Positions 7,090-15,814 of a stretch of 20,000 nt of DNA are shown here, one piece after another. Origin of the DNA: Candidatus Heimdallarchaeota archaeon (lineage in GTDB: Archaea > Asgardarchaeota > Heimdallarchaeia > Heimdallarchaeales > JAJRWK01); assembly GCA_027001645.1 (NCBI GenBank), contig JALTMP010000118.1, positions 1-20,000 on the forward strand, read 5' to 3'. How positions within the stretch are numbered: position 1 is the first letter of the stretch; every line of letters starts with the position of its first letter. Both the position numbers and the translations under genes were made by a program. The notes under the pieces were generated by a model. That model did no database searches and was not told the DNA's origin. It was given only the letters and a program-made list of their open reading frames with translations.

Positions 7090-9066
7090 TCAAGTACTAC
7101 TCTCTGAATTCTTTGTTCCACTCTCGCAAATAATTTGTTGATAAGCCCCAATCCAGTCATAGGCAATGTGAACAACGTATTTCTTGAGATGCGGATAACG
7201 CGAGGGGATCACTTCTACTAGATTCATGTCGATTTTTTCCTTAATGTTAGTAAGGGCTTGATCATGGTCCTTCGCAATAAGTACTTGATAAGACTCTAAT
7301 GTTTTGACCAGATCAGAACGAGTAAACATCCCCACGAGCAGATATTGTTCACTTTCAGGATTAGGAATTACTACCGGTAGTCGCCCCACCCCATATCGAT
7401 ACATTTTATCGAGCGTTTCCTTAACGGTGTCATCTGGAAAGGCTACCACAACTTCCTTTGTCATAATTCGCTTAATGGGTTGTTCGAGATCATTTGCAAT
7501 AATCGCTTTCCGAATATCCGAGAGAGTTACGATTCCGACGAGTTGATGAGTTTCTCGATCAACCACAGGATAGCCTTGGTGATGATAGGAAACGAACACA
7601 TCGAACATCACGCTGGCGGGTGTATCTTCATAAATTGCTACGACCTCATTGTGCATAACTTCGCGAACAAGAATGAATTGTAAGATTTCATCAGTAGTTC
7701 GTACTTGTGAGGTAATGCCGTATTTCCCAGCTAAGGGCTCAGTGTAAATAGATTCTTTAAGAATGGATTTGTGAATCAGAAAACTCGTGGCAATTGTGAG
7801 CATGAGTGCCGGGAACAGAGCATATTCTCCAGACATCTCAGTAGTGATTATGATCATGGTTAACGGAGCACGGGCAACACTACCAAATAGTGCGGACATC
7901 CCGAGAACAGCATACAAGCCTGGGTTGATATGAAGTCCCGGAAAGAGCAAGGAAAGGAAAATCCCAAAAGCAGCACCAGTCAGCGCTCCCATGAATAGAG
8001 AAGGCGAAAAGACACCGCCAGAAGAACCAGAGCCAAGCGTTAGGCTAGTAATGATAATTTTGATGAAAGCGTATGCTAAGAGGAGAAAGATCAATTTTAG
8101 AGCTTCGCTACGAGCAATGTCTGAGCTATAGTTCCATCCATTTAGCGCTTTTTGAATAACAGAATAGCTTGAACCTCGCAATTCCAAAGAAACGGTTACA
8201 AGAAAAATGCCAACACCTAGTCCACCAATGCCTGGTTTTGCCCAAGGAGGTAACGAAAGTTGTTCAAAGGTGTCTTCAGTGAATTTCAATGTTTCTTGCC
8301 AGATTACTCCCTCAAAAGCAATGACAACTCCCAGAATGACAAAAAGAATGAATTCAACGGGATGGTGAATTTCATAGGGGGGAACTTGAAACACGCTTTC
8401 AAACCCTCCAAGAATCACATAGTTAGTCGTCATTGCTGACGAAACACCGATGATCACGGGAATTACTGATCTAAATGTAATTGAAGCCAAAAGGATTTCA
8501 ATTCCAAAGAGGGCTCCGCCCAAGGGAGCGTTGAAAACAGCAGCAATGCCTGATGCTGCGCCAGTTGCGATTAGAATGTTTTTTTCACTTGAGGTTAATC
8601 GCGCTTTTTGGCCCAAGATTGATCCAAAACCCGCACCGATCTGTGCAATAGGCCCTTCAGAGCCGGCGCTATTTCCTGTTCCAATCGTAATCATCGACAA
8701 TACAAATTTGGCCATAGGGACCCTCATTCGCATGTTACCTTTATCGATAATCATGGATTGTAATACATTAGGTATGCCATGACCTTTAGCTTCAGGCGAG
8801 ATTTTCCACACACCATATCCAACAATAAGACCACCGATAGCAGGCAAAAGCACTATCGCAATTACAGTCATTCCACGGAAGAGCTCGTGTTGTTGGACAT
8901 ATCGGAGAAAGCGGTTTTGATTCTCTTCGCTGAAAAGCCAGTAATCGATCAGATCAATGCCCTTTCTGAAAAGAAATCCACCGATTGAAGCAACGACTCC
9001 TATTGCTATTGCGTACAAGTCTAATTCCACATCATGATGATGTCTCATTGCGTATATCTCATTCAT
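7090..9066 (-). CDS. ClC-family chloride channel/transporter with tandem C-terminal CBS domains
   Basis: Multiple TM helices; ClC signatures GTGNSAGSEGPIAQIGAGFGS, FNAPLGGALFGIEILL and TLGSGSSGGVFSPSLFMGALTGAAFG; tandem CBS regions (VREVMHNEVVAIYEDTPAS..., IKRIMTKEVVVAFPDDTVKETLDKMYRYGVGRLPVV). Confidence 0.93.
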   Translation of the reverse strand: MNEIYAMRHHHDVELDLYAIAIGVVASIGGFLFRKGIDLIDYWLFSEENQNRFLRYVQQHELFRGMTVIAIVLLPAIGGLIVGYGVWKISPEAKGHGIPNVLQSMIIDKGNMRMRVPMAKFVLSMITIGTGNSAGSEGPIAQIGAGFGSILGQKARLTSSEKNILIATGAASGIAAVFNAPLGGALFGIEILLASITFRSVIPVIIGVSSAMTTNYVILGGFESVFQVPPYEIHHPVEFILFVILGVVIAFEGVIWQETLKFTEDTFEQLSLPPWAKPGIGGLGVGIFLVTVSLELRGSSYSVIQKALNGWNYSSDIARSEALKLIFLLLAYAFIKIIITSLTLGSGSSGGVFSPSLFMGALTGAAFGIFLSLLFPGLHINPGLYAVLGMSALFGSVARAPLTMIIITTEMSGEYALFPALMLTIATSFLIHKSILKESIYTEPLAGKYGITSQVRTTDEILQFILVREVMHNEVVAIYEDTPASVMFDVFVSYHHQGYPVVDRETHQLVGIVTLSDIRKAIIANDLEQPIKRIMTKEVVVAFPDDTVKETLDKMYRYGVGRLPVVIPNPESEQYLLVGMFTRSDLVKTLESYQVLIAKDHDQALTNIKEKIDMNLVEVIPSRYPHLKKYVVHIAYDWIGAYQQIICESGTKNSESST

Positions 9067-9348
9067 CCCAATCGCCTTGTAGATTCAAGGTTGAAATCCT
9101 ACGGTCTTCCCATTACAAATAAGGGAAGAAAGGTGAGATAGGCCTTGAAGGTTTTGCCGGTCTGGACCGCGATCATTATGACACGAAGTCTAATAGCCAT
9201 GCTCAAATTTGCGGAAGATACTATAATGTTTCCGAAATGTGCTTAGATGATTTTACGAGACAAGATTGATTGAACAAGAAGAAGAATGCAAGTTACGAGA
9301 AAAAGGTAAAGAGGAGATAGAGGCCAAAACCCGGTAGTATTGCTAAAC

Positions 9349-11370
9349 TTATGTTGTTGATTCTGGCTCGAGTTCAAAGGTTCTCAGTTTACGATAAACA
9401 AAAACGGCGAAAACAGCAACAACGCCAACAGAAACAAAGAAGATTAACAGAAAGAAGGGTGAAACGTCATTGTAAGTAGGATCCTCACGTTCAATGAGAA
9501 TCGTTGCTTCCCCGCGTGCAAATCCTAATCCTGCTTGTTTTGCCTCGACAACGATATCCACATAGCCTTTAATCTTACTTCCATTCGGAAGAGCAAACGA
9601 GAGCTCGTGGGTATAATTAGTTGCGGTTGCATTCAACGTGAGATTGTAGCGTGCGAAAACATTGCCAGCTTGGGAAAGCAGAACTTGAACAGTCGCGTCA
9701 CTTGCGGTTTCGTTCAGGTTTTGATAAACGCCGGTTTTTACCATAATTGTGTCGGATTGGCTGTACCGATAGCGATCAGTAATGGTACTATTCACTTGCA
9801 AAAAGCCGTTGAATTTGGCAAGCCAGGGAAGAAGCCGGAGGAAAAAGACATCGTTGTCATTTATCACAAAAGACTGATTCGTGAGGATCAAGTCAGTGGA
9901 CATTGCAGCAAGTCTTCCTCCAAATTGAAGATCTACACCCAAGAAATAAGTGATGTTCCCTGGAAGTGTCTCGTTTGACTGTCGGACACCATCAGTGTTT
10001 GAGTCAAGGAACATATCAGCTGGAGTCTTGAGAATGTCGTAGAGCAAGTATTCTTGTGCAAATAGTGTGTCATTCTGTTTTAACAGGGTTAGATTTAGAC
10101 CAGAAGCATACAATGAAAGAGTGTTTATGATGCGATCGGTCAGTGGTGAAGCCCCATCTAGGAAGGGAGCAACTCCTTTAATGGTTGTAGCAGAAACTGT
10201 GGCGGTTTTAGTCCCGTTCTCACCAACCTTGCCAAATAAGAATTGTCCGTTAGAGACCGTTTGAAGGCCAAAAGTCTCCAAGAGCTTTTGAGCGGACTCA
10301 GAAACATCTTTGCTCACAACGAGGAAGAGAGAACCACCATCCCTGACAAACTGACGGTATGCTTCAATTTCATCGTCCGAAAAGTCATTATTTCCAACAA
10401 CGAGAATGGTCAGGTTATTGTTCTGCAATGTTTCTAATGTGACATCGTCCGTTTGATTGTTCAGAGTTACGCCATAGGATTTGAGAACTGTTTCGAATCC
10501 TTTGAGTGAAGCAGCATTGTCAATACCCCTAGTGTCAAAAAGAATTGTTGCATTTGAAACGGGGGCAACAGTGAATCCGGTTCCAGTCTGGTTGAGGCGA
10601 TAATTGAGCCAATCAGACTTGAGTACCGTTGTTGTGTTGAATTCCACTGATGCGTTTTGCCAAGCAAGGATTCTAAATGAGACAAGAATACTGTCATTAA
10701 TGTTAATATCGTATCCTTTTGCATCCTCACTATTAAGCTCTTTATACAATTCAAGGACAACGACATTATCCCCGGCGTCTGAGAAGTTTGCTCGAACGCC
10801 TCCAGTGTTGTCAAATCCACCGACGTAAGTGTCGTTTTCAACAATTGGAACGGAGTTATCCTTTGTACCATTCATGTAGACAAATGCATCAACAACTGAC
10901 GAATTGTACCTATCAACCACAATCAGATCGTGAGGAGCGTCAGCTGTCCCATACTCTTTCCGCGTTAAATCATTATCGAATTCGAAAGCAAACCAATCAT
11001 GAGTTGCATTATTATATGATAGTGGAGAATTTGTTGGAATAGTATCATTTACGGGGATAAATGAAGGACGGGAAAAATTCAGCATGATGAATAGATGTGT
11101 CCCATTAATTTGGACAAAGAGGTCTCCATTGAACCCAGCATCACCGCCAACGTTTACAGTGGTCTTCGATGCGTTGACCCATTCAAGCCCGAAGGAGCTT
11201 GAGTTGCCATCAAAGGTTGGGGTATTGTTTGCAATGATTGGGATGACAACGGTTTCTGTATCATCTCCCAACACACGAGCAGGACCTGGCGGGCTAAAGA
11301 ATAGAACTGTTGCAAGCAGTGCCAGGATAGATATTCGGGTGAATAATCGACCTCTATTCATATCACTCAC
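9349..11370 (-). CDS. Large secreted surface protein, N-terminal DOMON/carbohydrate-binding-like region, central Rossmann/GATase-like segment, C-terminal TM
   Basis: Signal peptide RISILALLATVLFFSPPGPARV; VNVGGDAGFNGDLFVQINGTHLFIMLNFSRP resembles a DOMON/CBM9-like start; TILVVGNNDFSDDEIEAYRQFVRDGGSLFLVVS; C-terminal FFLLIFFVSVGVVAVFAVFVYRKL. Confidence 0.65.
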   Translation of the reverse strand: MSDMNRGRLFTRISILALLATVLFFSPPGPARVLGDDTETVVIPIIANNTPTFDGNSSSFGLEWVNASKTTVNVGGDAGFNGDLFVQINGTHLFIMLNFSRPSFIPVNDTIPTNSPLSYNNATHDWFAFEFDNDLTRKEYGTADAPHDLIVVDRYNSSVVDAFVYMNGTKDNSVPIVENDTYVGGFDNTGGVRANFSDAGDNVVVLELYKELNSEDAKGYDININDSILVSFRILAWQNASVEFNTTTVLKSDWLNYRLNQTGTGFTVAPVSNATILFDTRGIDNAASLKGFETVLKSYGVTLNNQTDDVTLETLQNNNLTILVVGNNDFSDDEIEAYRQFVRDGGSLFLVVSKDVSESAQKLLETFGLQTVSNGQFLFGKVGENGTKTATVSATTIKGVAPFLDGASPLTDRIINTLSLYASGLNLTLLKQNDTLFAQEYLLYDILKTPADMFLDSNTDGVRQSNETLPGNITYFLGVDLQFGGRLAAMSTDLILTNQSFVINDNDVFFLRLLPWLAKFNGFLQVNSTITDRYRYSQSDTIMVKTGVYQNLNETASDATVQVLLSQAGNVFARYNLTLNATATNYTHELSFALPNGSKIKGYVDIVVEAKQAGLGFARGEATILIEREDPTYNDVSPFFLLIFFVSVGVVAVFAVFVYRKLRTFELEPESTT

Positions 11371-11587
11371 ATCTCAACGCAATTATAACGCATACTATGT
11401 TTACGTTTTGTGTCTTGTGGATCGCCGTAAAGCAATCTTATAAGAGTTATTGAACTGGCGTTGAACAACAATAGCGATGAAGGAAAGAAATACATCCCAC
11501 TAGTCGCTCAGAATCAACACCGTATCTTGGATTTAGCGTTGAGAACTTTTCAAAAAAAATGCGTATGGAATATAGAATATCAAAAAA

Positions 11588-11600
11588 TGCATAAAAGATG
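11588..11600 (+). promoter_or_regulatory. Candidate Box A for the 11616/11622-12662 gene
   Basis: TGCATAAAAGATG lies about 20-28 nt upstream of in-frame ATGs at 11616 and 11622. Confidence 0.4.
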
Positions 11601-12662
11601 TTTTTTTCTAATTCTATGTCTATGCCACGACTAGCTGTTGAGGATTCTGAAGAGTATAAGCGCTTGTCATTTGAAATAAAAATCCTCCAACAGCTCAAAG
11701 CATACTACGAAAGTGGGAAGAACTTTTATGACTTTGAGCTAAAGGACGGGGTTAGATTAAGAGATGTCATTGCATTCATGGCCGATTTTGGCTTCCCAAG
11801 ATCTAGTTCTGCGCCAAACATACCCCAAGCAATTAAGAGAATCAATGAAATGATCAAGGAAAGGCAGGACAAGCTAAGTAGCATGAGATTTTCAGAGATC
11901 AAATCACGTGCCCTTGATTCTTTACTCATCATCCCCTCATGGAATAGGCTGCTCAAGCGAAAATTCAATGGGTTTTACCTCAATAAGCCAGTAATAGACC
12001 TAAAAAGAGACACAATTGTCATGCTTACTGCGGGAACAGCGCAAGTTGCAGATTTTTACGGAGACCCTCTCGCAATCATCACAGGACCAGGGATATTCTA
12101 TACCGAATTCAGTATTGAGCCGGGGAAGTATCTGACGAATGTTCGAGAAATTAATATGATCATCATGCCCAAGGAACATTTTGATCGCTTAATTTCAGCT
12201 CCATCAATAGTCCAAGGGAATATCGATGCAACCGTTAATGAGTTAATGTGCATGATGCCGTTTCATATCATTGAGACACCTTACAGCGTTCAAGCATTAA
12301 CGAGAGGGGTTGTTTCAAGAAACGTGTTCCATCCCAACAAATCCGCACTCGACGCCTTGTGGCGTACTTGTAAGGACCCCACGTCATATCACCCCTCACG
12401 TCGATTTTCGGTGCTTAGTGCACACCCTCACTTTTACAATCGACTCTTGTTATCCCACCCGAGAGGATCTCAAGGCGGCACAGAAGACATTTCCTATCAC
12501 TTCGCCAGCGCGGGCATAGCTGCAATCTTGGATAACGCCGATCGACTGGTAGCAGAAATCATGTCAGAAGAACAACAAGCAGAACTCTTGAAAAAATTCG
12601 TCAAAGTAAAGGAAGAATACGCTTCTTTCGGACATGAACTACTCATGAGCTGGGCGCCTTAG
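11598..12662 (+). CDS. Conserved-looking protein of unknown function, 354 aa; the true start may be ATG 11616 or 11622
   Basis: Long ORF on +. A Box A-like ATAAAAGATG at 11591-11600 overlaps the track start, which argues for a leaderless start at 11616/11622 (MSMPRLAVEDSEE). Confidence 0.75.
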   Translation: MFFSNSMSMPRLAVEDSEEYKRLSFEIKILQQLKAYYESGKNFYDFELKDGVRLRDVIAFMADFGFPRSSSAPNIPQAIKRINEMIKERQDKLSSMRFSEIKSRALDSLLIIPSWNRLLKRKFNGFYLNKPVIDLKRDTIVMLTAGTAQVADFYGDPLAIITGPGIFYTEFSIEPGKYLTNVREINMIIMPKEHFDRLISAPSIVQGNIDATVNELMCMMPFHIIETPYSVQALTRGVVSRNVFHPNKSALDALWRTCKDPTSYHPSRRFSVLSAHPHFYNRLLLSHPRGSQGGTEDISYHFASAGIAAILDNADRLVAEIMSEEQQAELLKKFVKVKEEYASFGHELLMSWAP

Positions 12663-12783
12663 CAAGACTTTACTTGCAAAAAGAGTTTCCCAACCAAGAA
12701 ACAAGTGGGAAGACAAGCAATTATAATCCAGCAAGTGCATATAAGATATAGAGAGTGGACACCAGAAGCAAGATCCAAGAGGA

Positions 12784-13518
12784 GTGAGAGTATTGACAGA
12801 ACAAAAGAAAAAGAAAAAGAAGTCTATTCGCCAAAAACTTGCGAGCAAATTTTCCCAGATAAAGAAAAAGCCCGAAGATGAAAATTTACTTGCAGAAACA
12901 ATCTCAGAATTAAAGTCAGTAGTCCGGGATATGAAAGAAATTTTTGAGGAAATCGACAAGACCTTTGAGGAGGAAACTGAAAAGGAAAAGACTTTTTGGG
13001 ATAAGCTGAAGTCAAAGATGCCTCAACGGCTCCAGCCCCAAGACATTAGAAAAGAAAAGCAACAGAAACAAAAGATCAGAAGCAACAAGGAACGACTGGA
13101 AAAACTTGAGGATGCTTTGAGTCAGTTTGAAGCGATTAGCACAATGCCAGGAAAGGAAGACATGCTAGCAGAAGAATACTTGAAATTACTTAAGCAAGAT
13201 ATGGGTTCAAAGTTCAAGGATGAGGACTTGGAGAAAGTAATTGACGAGATGAAACTAGAAATTTATCGGTCGATGGAAGACATTAATGCTCAGATTCGCT
13301 TGTTGAAAACAGCCCTTGAAACAATCACGGAGCAACTGACAGAACAAGGCATTCAACTTGAGCGCATTGAGGAAAAAGTTGATGTAGTCGACAAAAAACT
13401 CGACAAAGCTCAAGAACTCATCAAAAAAGTTGCTCGACGATTAACAGGAAACAATGTTCTCATCTTAGTGCTTGCGGGCTCAGTGCTAAGCCTACTTGCC
13501 CTGAGCATTATCCGTTAG
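12784..13518 (+). CDS. Tail-anchored coiled-coil protein with Q-SNARE-like motif
   Basis: GTG start at 12784; an in-frame TTG at 12793 has better spacing from AGAGGAG. SNARE-like segment MEDINAQIRLLKTALETITEQLTEQGIQLERIEEKVDVVDKKLDKAQELIKKV (residues 164-216) followed by C-terminal TM VLILVLAGSVLSLLALSII (residues 225-243). Confidence 0.8.
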   Translation: MRVLTEQKKKKKKSIRQKLASKFSQIKKKPEDENLLAETISELKSVVRDMKEIFEEIDKTFEEETEKEKTFWDKLKSKMPQRLQPQDIRKEKQQKQKIRSNKERLEKLEDALSQFEAISTMPGKEDMLAEEYLKLLKQDMGSKFKDEDLEKVIDEMKLEIYRSMEDINAQIRLLKTALETITEQLTEQGIQLERIEEKVDVVDKKLDKAQELIKKVARRLTGNNVLILVLAGSVLSLLALSIIR

Positions 13519-14337
13519 AGAAACAATGCGCTCCAGTGAAATAATTTCTTTGATAGAGGGAAGAACAGTCACTTGATTGGGCTTGATCCCGTTTTTCATA
13601 AGAACGTTGTCAGCAGTCTCTCTTGAAACAACTCCTGTAAGCACCAAGATGGGGTGAATTCCCGCGACAATACTCCCTTTGATGTCTGTTTCTACCCTAT
13701 CTCCTACAAAGATCACTTCTTCTTTCTTTAAATTCAATTTTTCTAACATTCTTGTGTAGAGAAAGGGAGATGGCTTTCCACAAATGAGATCTGGCTCTTT
13801 TCCGACTGATGCCGTGAGGGCACTAACTAATGCTCCAGCGCCAGGGATAAAAGAGCCATTTGCTTGAGGTAGTGTCAAATCGGTGTTTGTTGCAATAAAC
13901 TTAGCTCCATTCATGATGTGATTCATTGCGATTTTGAGCTTTGCATAAGTACATTGTCGATCTAAACCAACTACTACATAGTCTGCTTTTTCGTTTTCAG
14001 AAGTGATGACTTGTAGATTTGCTCTTTTCAATTCATTGACTAGGCCTTGCTCTCCAATTACAAAAACAGATGCGTTTCTTTTTTCAGAGGCGATGGTCTC
14101 TGCAGCCATCATGGCAGAGGAAAGTATCTCATCCGCCCTAAAGTCGTAACCCAAGGCATGTAACTTTTCCAACAAGCTTTCACGATCTCTAGTTGAGTTA
14201 TTAGTTATTATCCCCACCTTAATTCCTTTTTCTCGCAGAAATTTAATTGTCTCGGGGCCACCTTTGATAGGCTCACTTCCGCGATACAAAACACCATCTG
14301 CATCAAATAGACAGCCGTTGATAGATAGTTTTCTCAT
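13492..14337 (-). CDS. HAD superfamily (subclass IIA, NagD/p-nitrophenylphosphatase-like) sugar or glycolate phosphatase
   Basis: INGCLFDADGVLYRGSEPIKGGPETIKFLREKGIKVGIITNNSTRDR; KPSPFLYTRMLEKLNLKKEEVIFVGDRVETDIKGSIVAGIHPILVLTG. Confidence 0.9.
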   Translation of the reverse strand: MRKLSINGCLFDADGVLYRGSEPIKGGPETIKFLREKGIKVGIITNNSTRDRESLLEKLHALGYDFRADEILSSAMMAAETIASEKRNASVFVIGEQGLVNELKRANLQVITSENEKADYVVVGLDRQCTYAKLKIAMNHIMNGAKFIATNTDLTLPQANGSFIPGAGALVSALTASVGKEPDLICGKPSPFLYTRMLEKLNLKKEEVIFVGDRVETDIKGSIVAGIHPILVLTGVVSRETADNVLMKNGIKPNQVTVLPSIKEIISLERIVSLTDNAQGK

Positions 14338-14338
14338 C

Positions 14339-15352
14339 TTAAGAAGTGAGAAGTTTCTCGGCTTTTTTTAGCCTATCTGTGGCGTATTGTTCTAGAAAGG
14401 AGACTTGATTTTCCAACTTCCCGTTAGTGTAAGTTAAATAGCTCTCCCCATTAGGAGGAGCCTTCACAAGGAATAATGATTGAATGGCCCACGAACCGAA
14501 AAGGACATTTACAACGAGCCGGTACATTTCCAATAATCGATCATCATTTAATTCGAGAGGATATCGTTCAAGAAACACTTCCTCGTCATTCTCACGTTGA
14601 GCGATTAGTTCCAAGACGGTAGCAACATCAAATTCTAGATGGGCTTGTCCCGCATAATCCCAATCGACAAGCACTGCATTTTTTTCAGAAATGAGAACAT
14701 TTTGAAGATTAAGATCGCCATGCACGAGAGTTGTTCCGGGTTTTTTTGCAAGAGCCCCATACTTAGAACCAAATAGTGCGAAAGTATCGCTCACGAGGTT
14801 AATGGAATGATCAAGCAGATCTTGATGCTCTGGTAGAAGATGGGCAATTTGTTGAGCCCCTATGAGATAGGAGTTGGAAAGTTGTAAAAATCTCAGGGGG
14901 GACATTGGAGAACCTAATCGATCAGAGAATGTTCGAGGTATTGTTTGTTGGTGAACTTCAGAAAGCGATTCCCCTAAAAGAAGCAGATTCTCTTGAGAAT
15001 ACGCATCTGAAAGAGAAGTGCCCTTGGCGAAGGAGGTGATGAGAATATCACTTTCATGAAGAGAAGATTTTGGAAGGGAAAGCAGAACTTCAGGGGCAAG
15101 TCCTAAGCCAAAAAGAATGCTTAGAGCAGATCGACTCCGGTCAAAACGGGACGAGCCCAGAATGAAATCATCTCCTATTGTGCAATAACTCATAATCACA
15201 TAATCGTCTCCAACTTGTAGCACGGTTTTTGCATAGCTATTTTCGAGAACCTTTACAGACTGATCTAACATGGCTTCGTGGTATTCTGGAGCCTCGGATT
15301 TGAGAATTTCCAGAATGCTGGAGATGATTTCATTTTCAGCCATCAAAGACAA
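14339..15352 (-). CDS. Aminoglycoside phosphotransferase/choline kinase-family small-molecule kinase
   Basis: APH-fold catalytic motifs GTTLVHGDLNLQNVLISEKNAVLVDWDYAGQAHLEFDVATVLEL. Confidence 0.8.
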   Translation of the reverse strand: MSLMAENEIISSILEILKSEAPEYHEAMLDQSVKVLENSYAKTVLQVGDDYVIMSYCTIGDDFILGSSRFDRSRSALSILFGLGLAPEVLLSLPKSSLHESDILITSFAKGTSLSDAYSQENLLLLGESLSEVHQQTIPRTFSDRLGSPMSPLRFLQLSNSYLIGAQQIAHLLPEHQDLLDHSINLVSDTFALFGSKYGALAKKPGTTLVHGDLNLQNVLISEKNAVLVDWDYAGQAHLEFDVATVLELIAQRENDEEVFLERYPLELNDDRLLEMYRLVVNVLFGSWAIQSLFLVKAPPNGESYLTYTNGKLENQVSFLEQYATDRLKKAEKLLTS

Positions 15353-15542
15353 GAAGCATTCCTAAGTAATGTATCTTTTGAATCTTGACTCTTACGTTTT
15401 TGAATAATGAGTTGCACCTTGAGGTTGAAAACAGCGAAAAAGCGTAGGACACGCTACAATGAAAAAAAAACGGATTGAAGAGCTTGTTGATTGTTGAGAA
15501 GAGACCTCAGAGGAAAGAGTTGTTCATTAAATCGGTAAAAAG

Positions 15543-15737
15543 TCAGATAGAAAAGCGAATAATTTCGTCTATCAAGTCCACGTGTGAGACAATCATTCTT
15601 CGACAGCATACTCTTGTAAGCCCGAGATCGTCTAGGACCTGCTCAGGATTCTCACCTTCGTTTACTCTCTCTACCCATTCTTCCCATTTGTCGGCAACAA
15701 CTTTTCCACATGTAAAACAGCGAACTGGAATCATCAT
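15543..15737 (-). CDS. rpoN: DNA-directed RNA polymerase subunit N (Rpb10 homologue)
   Basis: [63 protein letters not shown] has the characteristic CxxCG...CCRRM zinc site. Confidence 0.97.
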   Translation of the reverse strand: MMIPVRCFTCGKVVADKWEEWVERVNEGENPEQVLDDLGLTRVCCRRMIVSHVDLIDEIIRFSI

Positions 15738-15814
15738 TTTTGCATTACCTTCGCTCTCAGTTTTCCTATTCTGAAGAATGTTTTAAAACAAATCGGTTAA
15801 GGACAGAAGAAGAA

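Noticed and set aside
8450-8782. + strand ORF of 110 aa
   Set aside because: Antisense shadow of the ClC gene in a conserved coding region.
9535-9978. + strand ORF of 147 aa
   Set aside because: Entirely antisense to the well-supported 9349-11370 surface protein, with no domain or signal.
11447-11698. - strand ORF of 83 aa (Cys-containing)
   Set aside because: Overlaps the promoter and 5' end of the better supported + strand gene. No recognisable motif.
12784-13518. Methyl-accepting chemotaxis-type or generic coiled-coil protein
   Set aside because: No chemotaxis hairpin-tip motif, and the TM is C-terminal. The central Gln with 16 in-register layers favours a SNARE-like reading, although a profile search is still required.
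15475-15774. + strand ORF of 99 aa
   Set aside because: Antisense to rpoN, which is certain.
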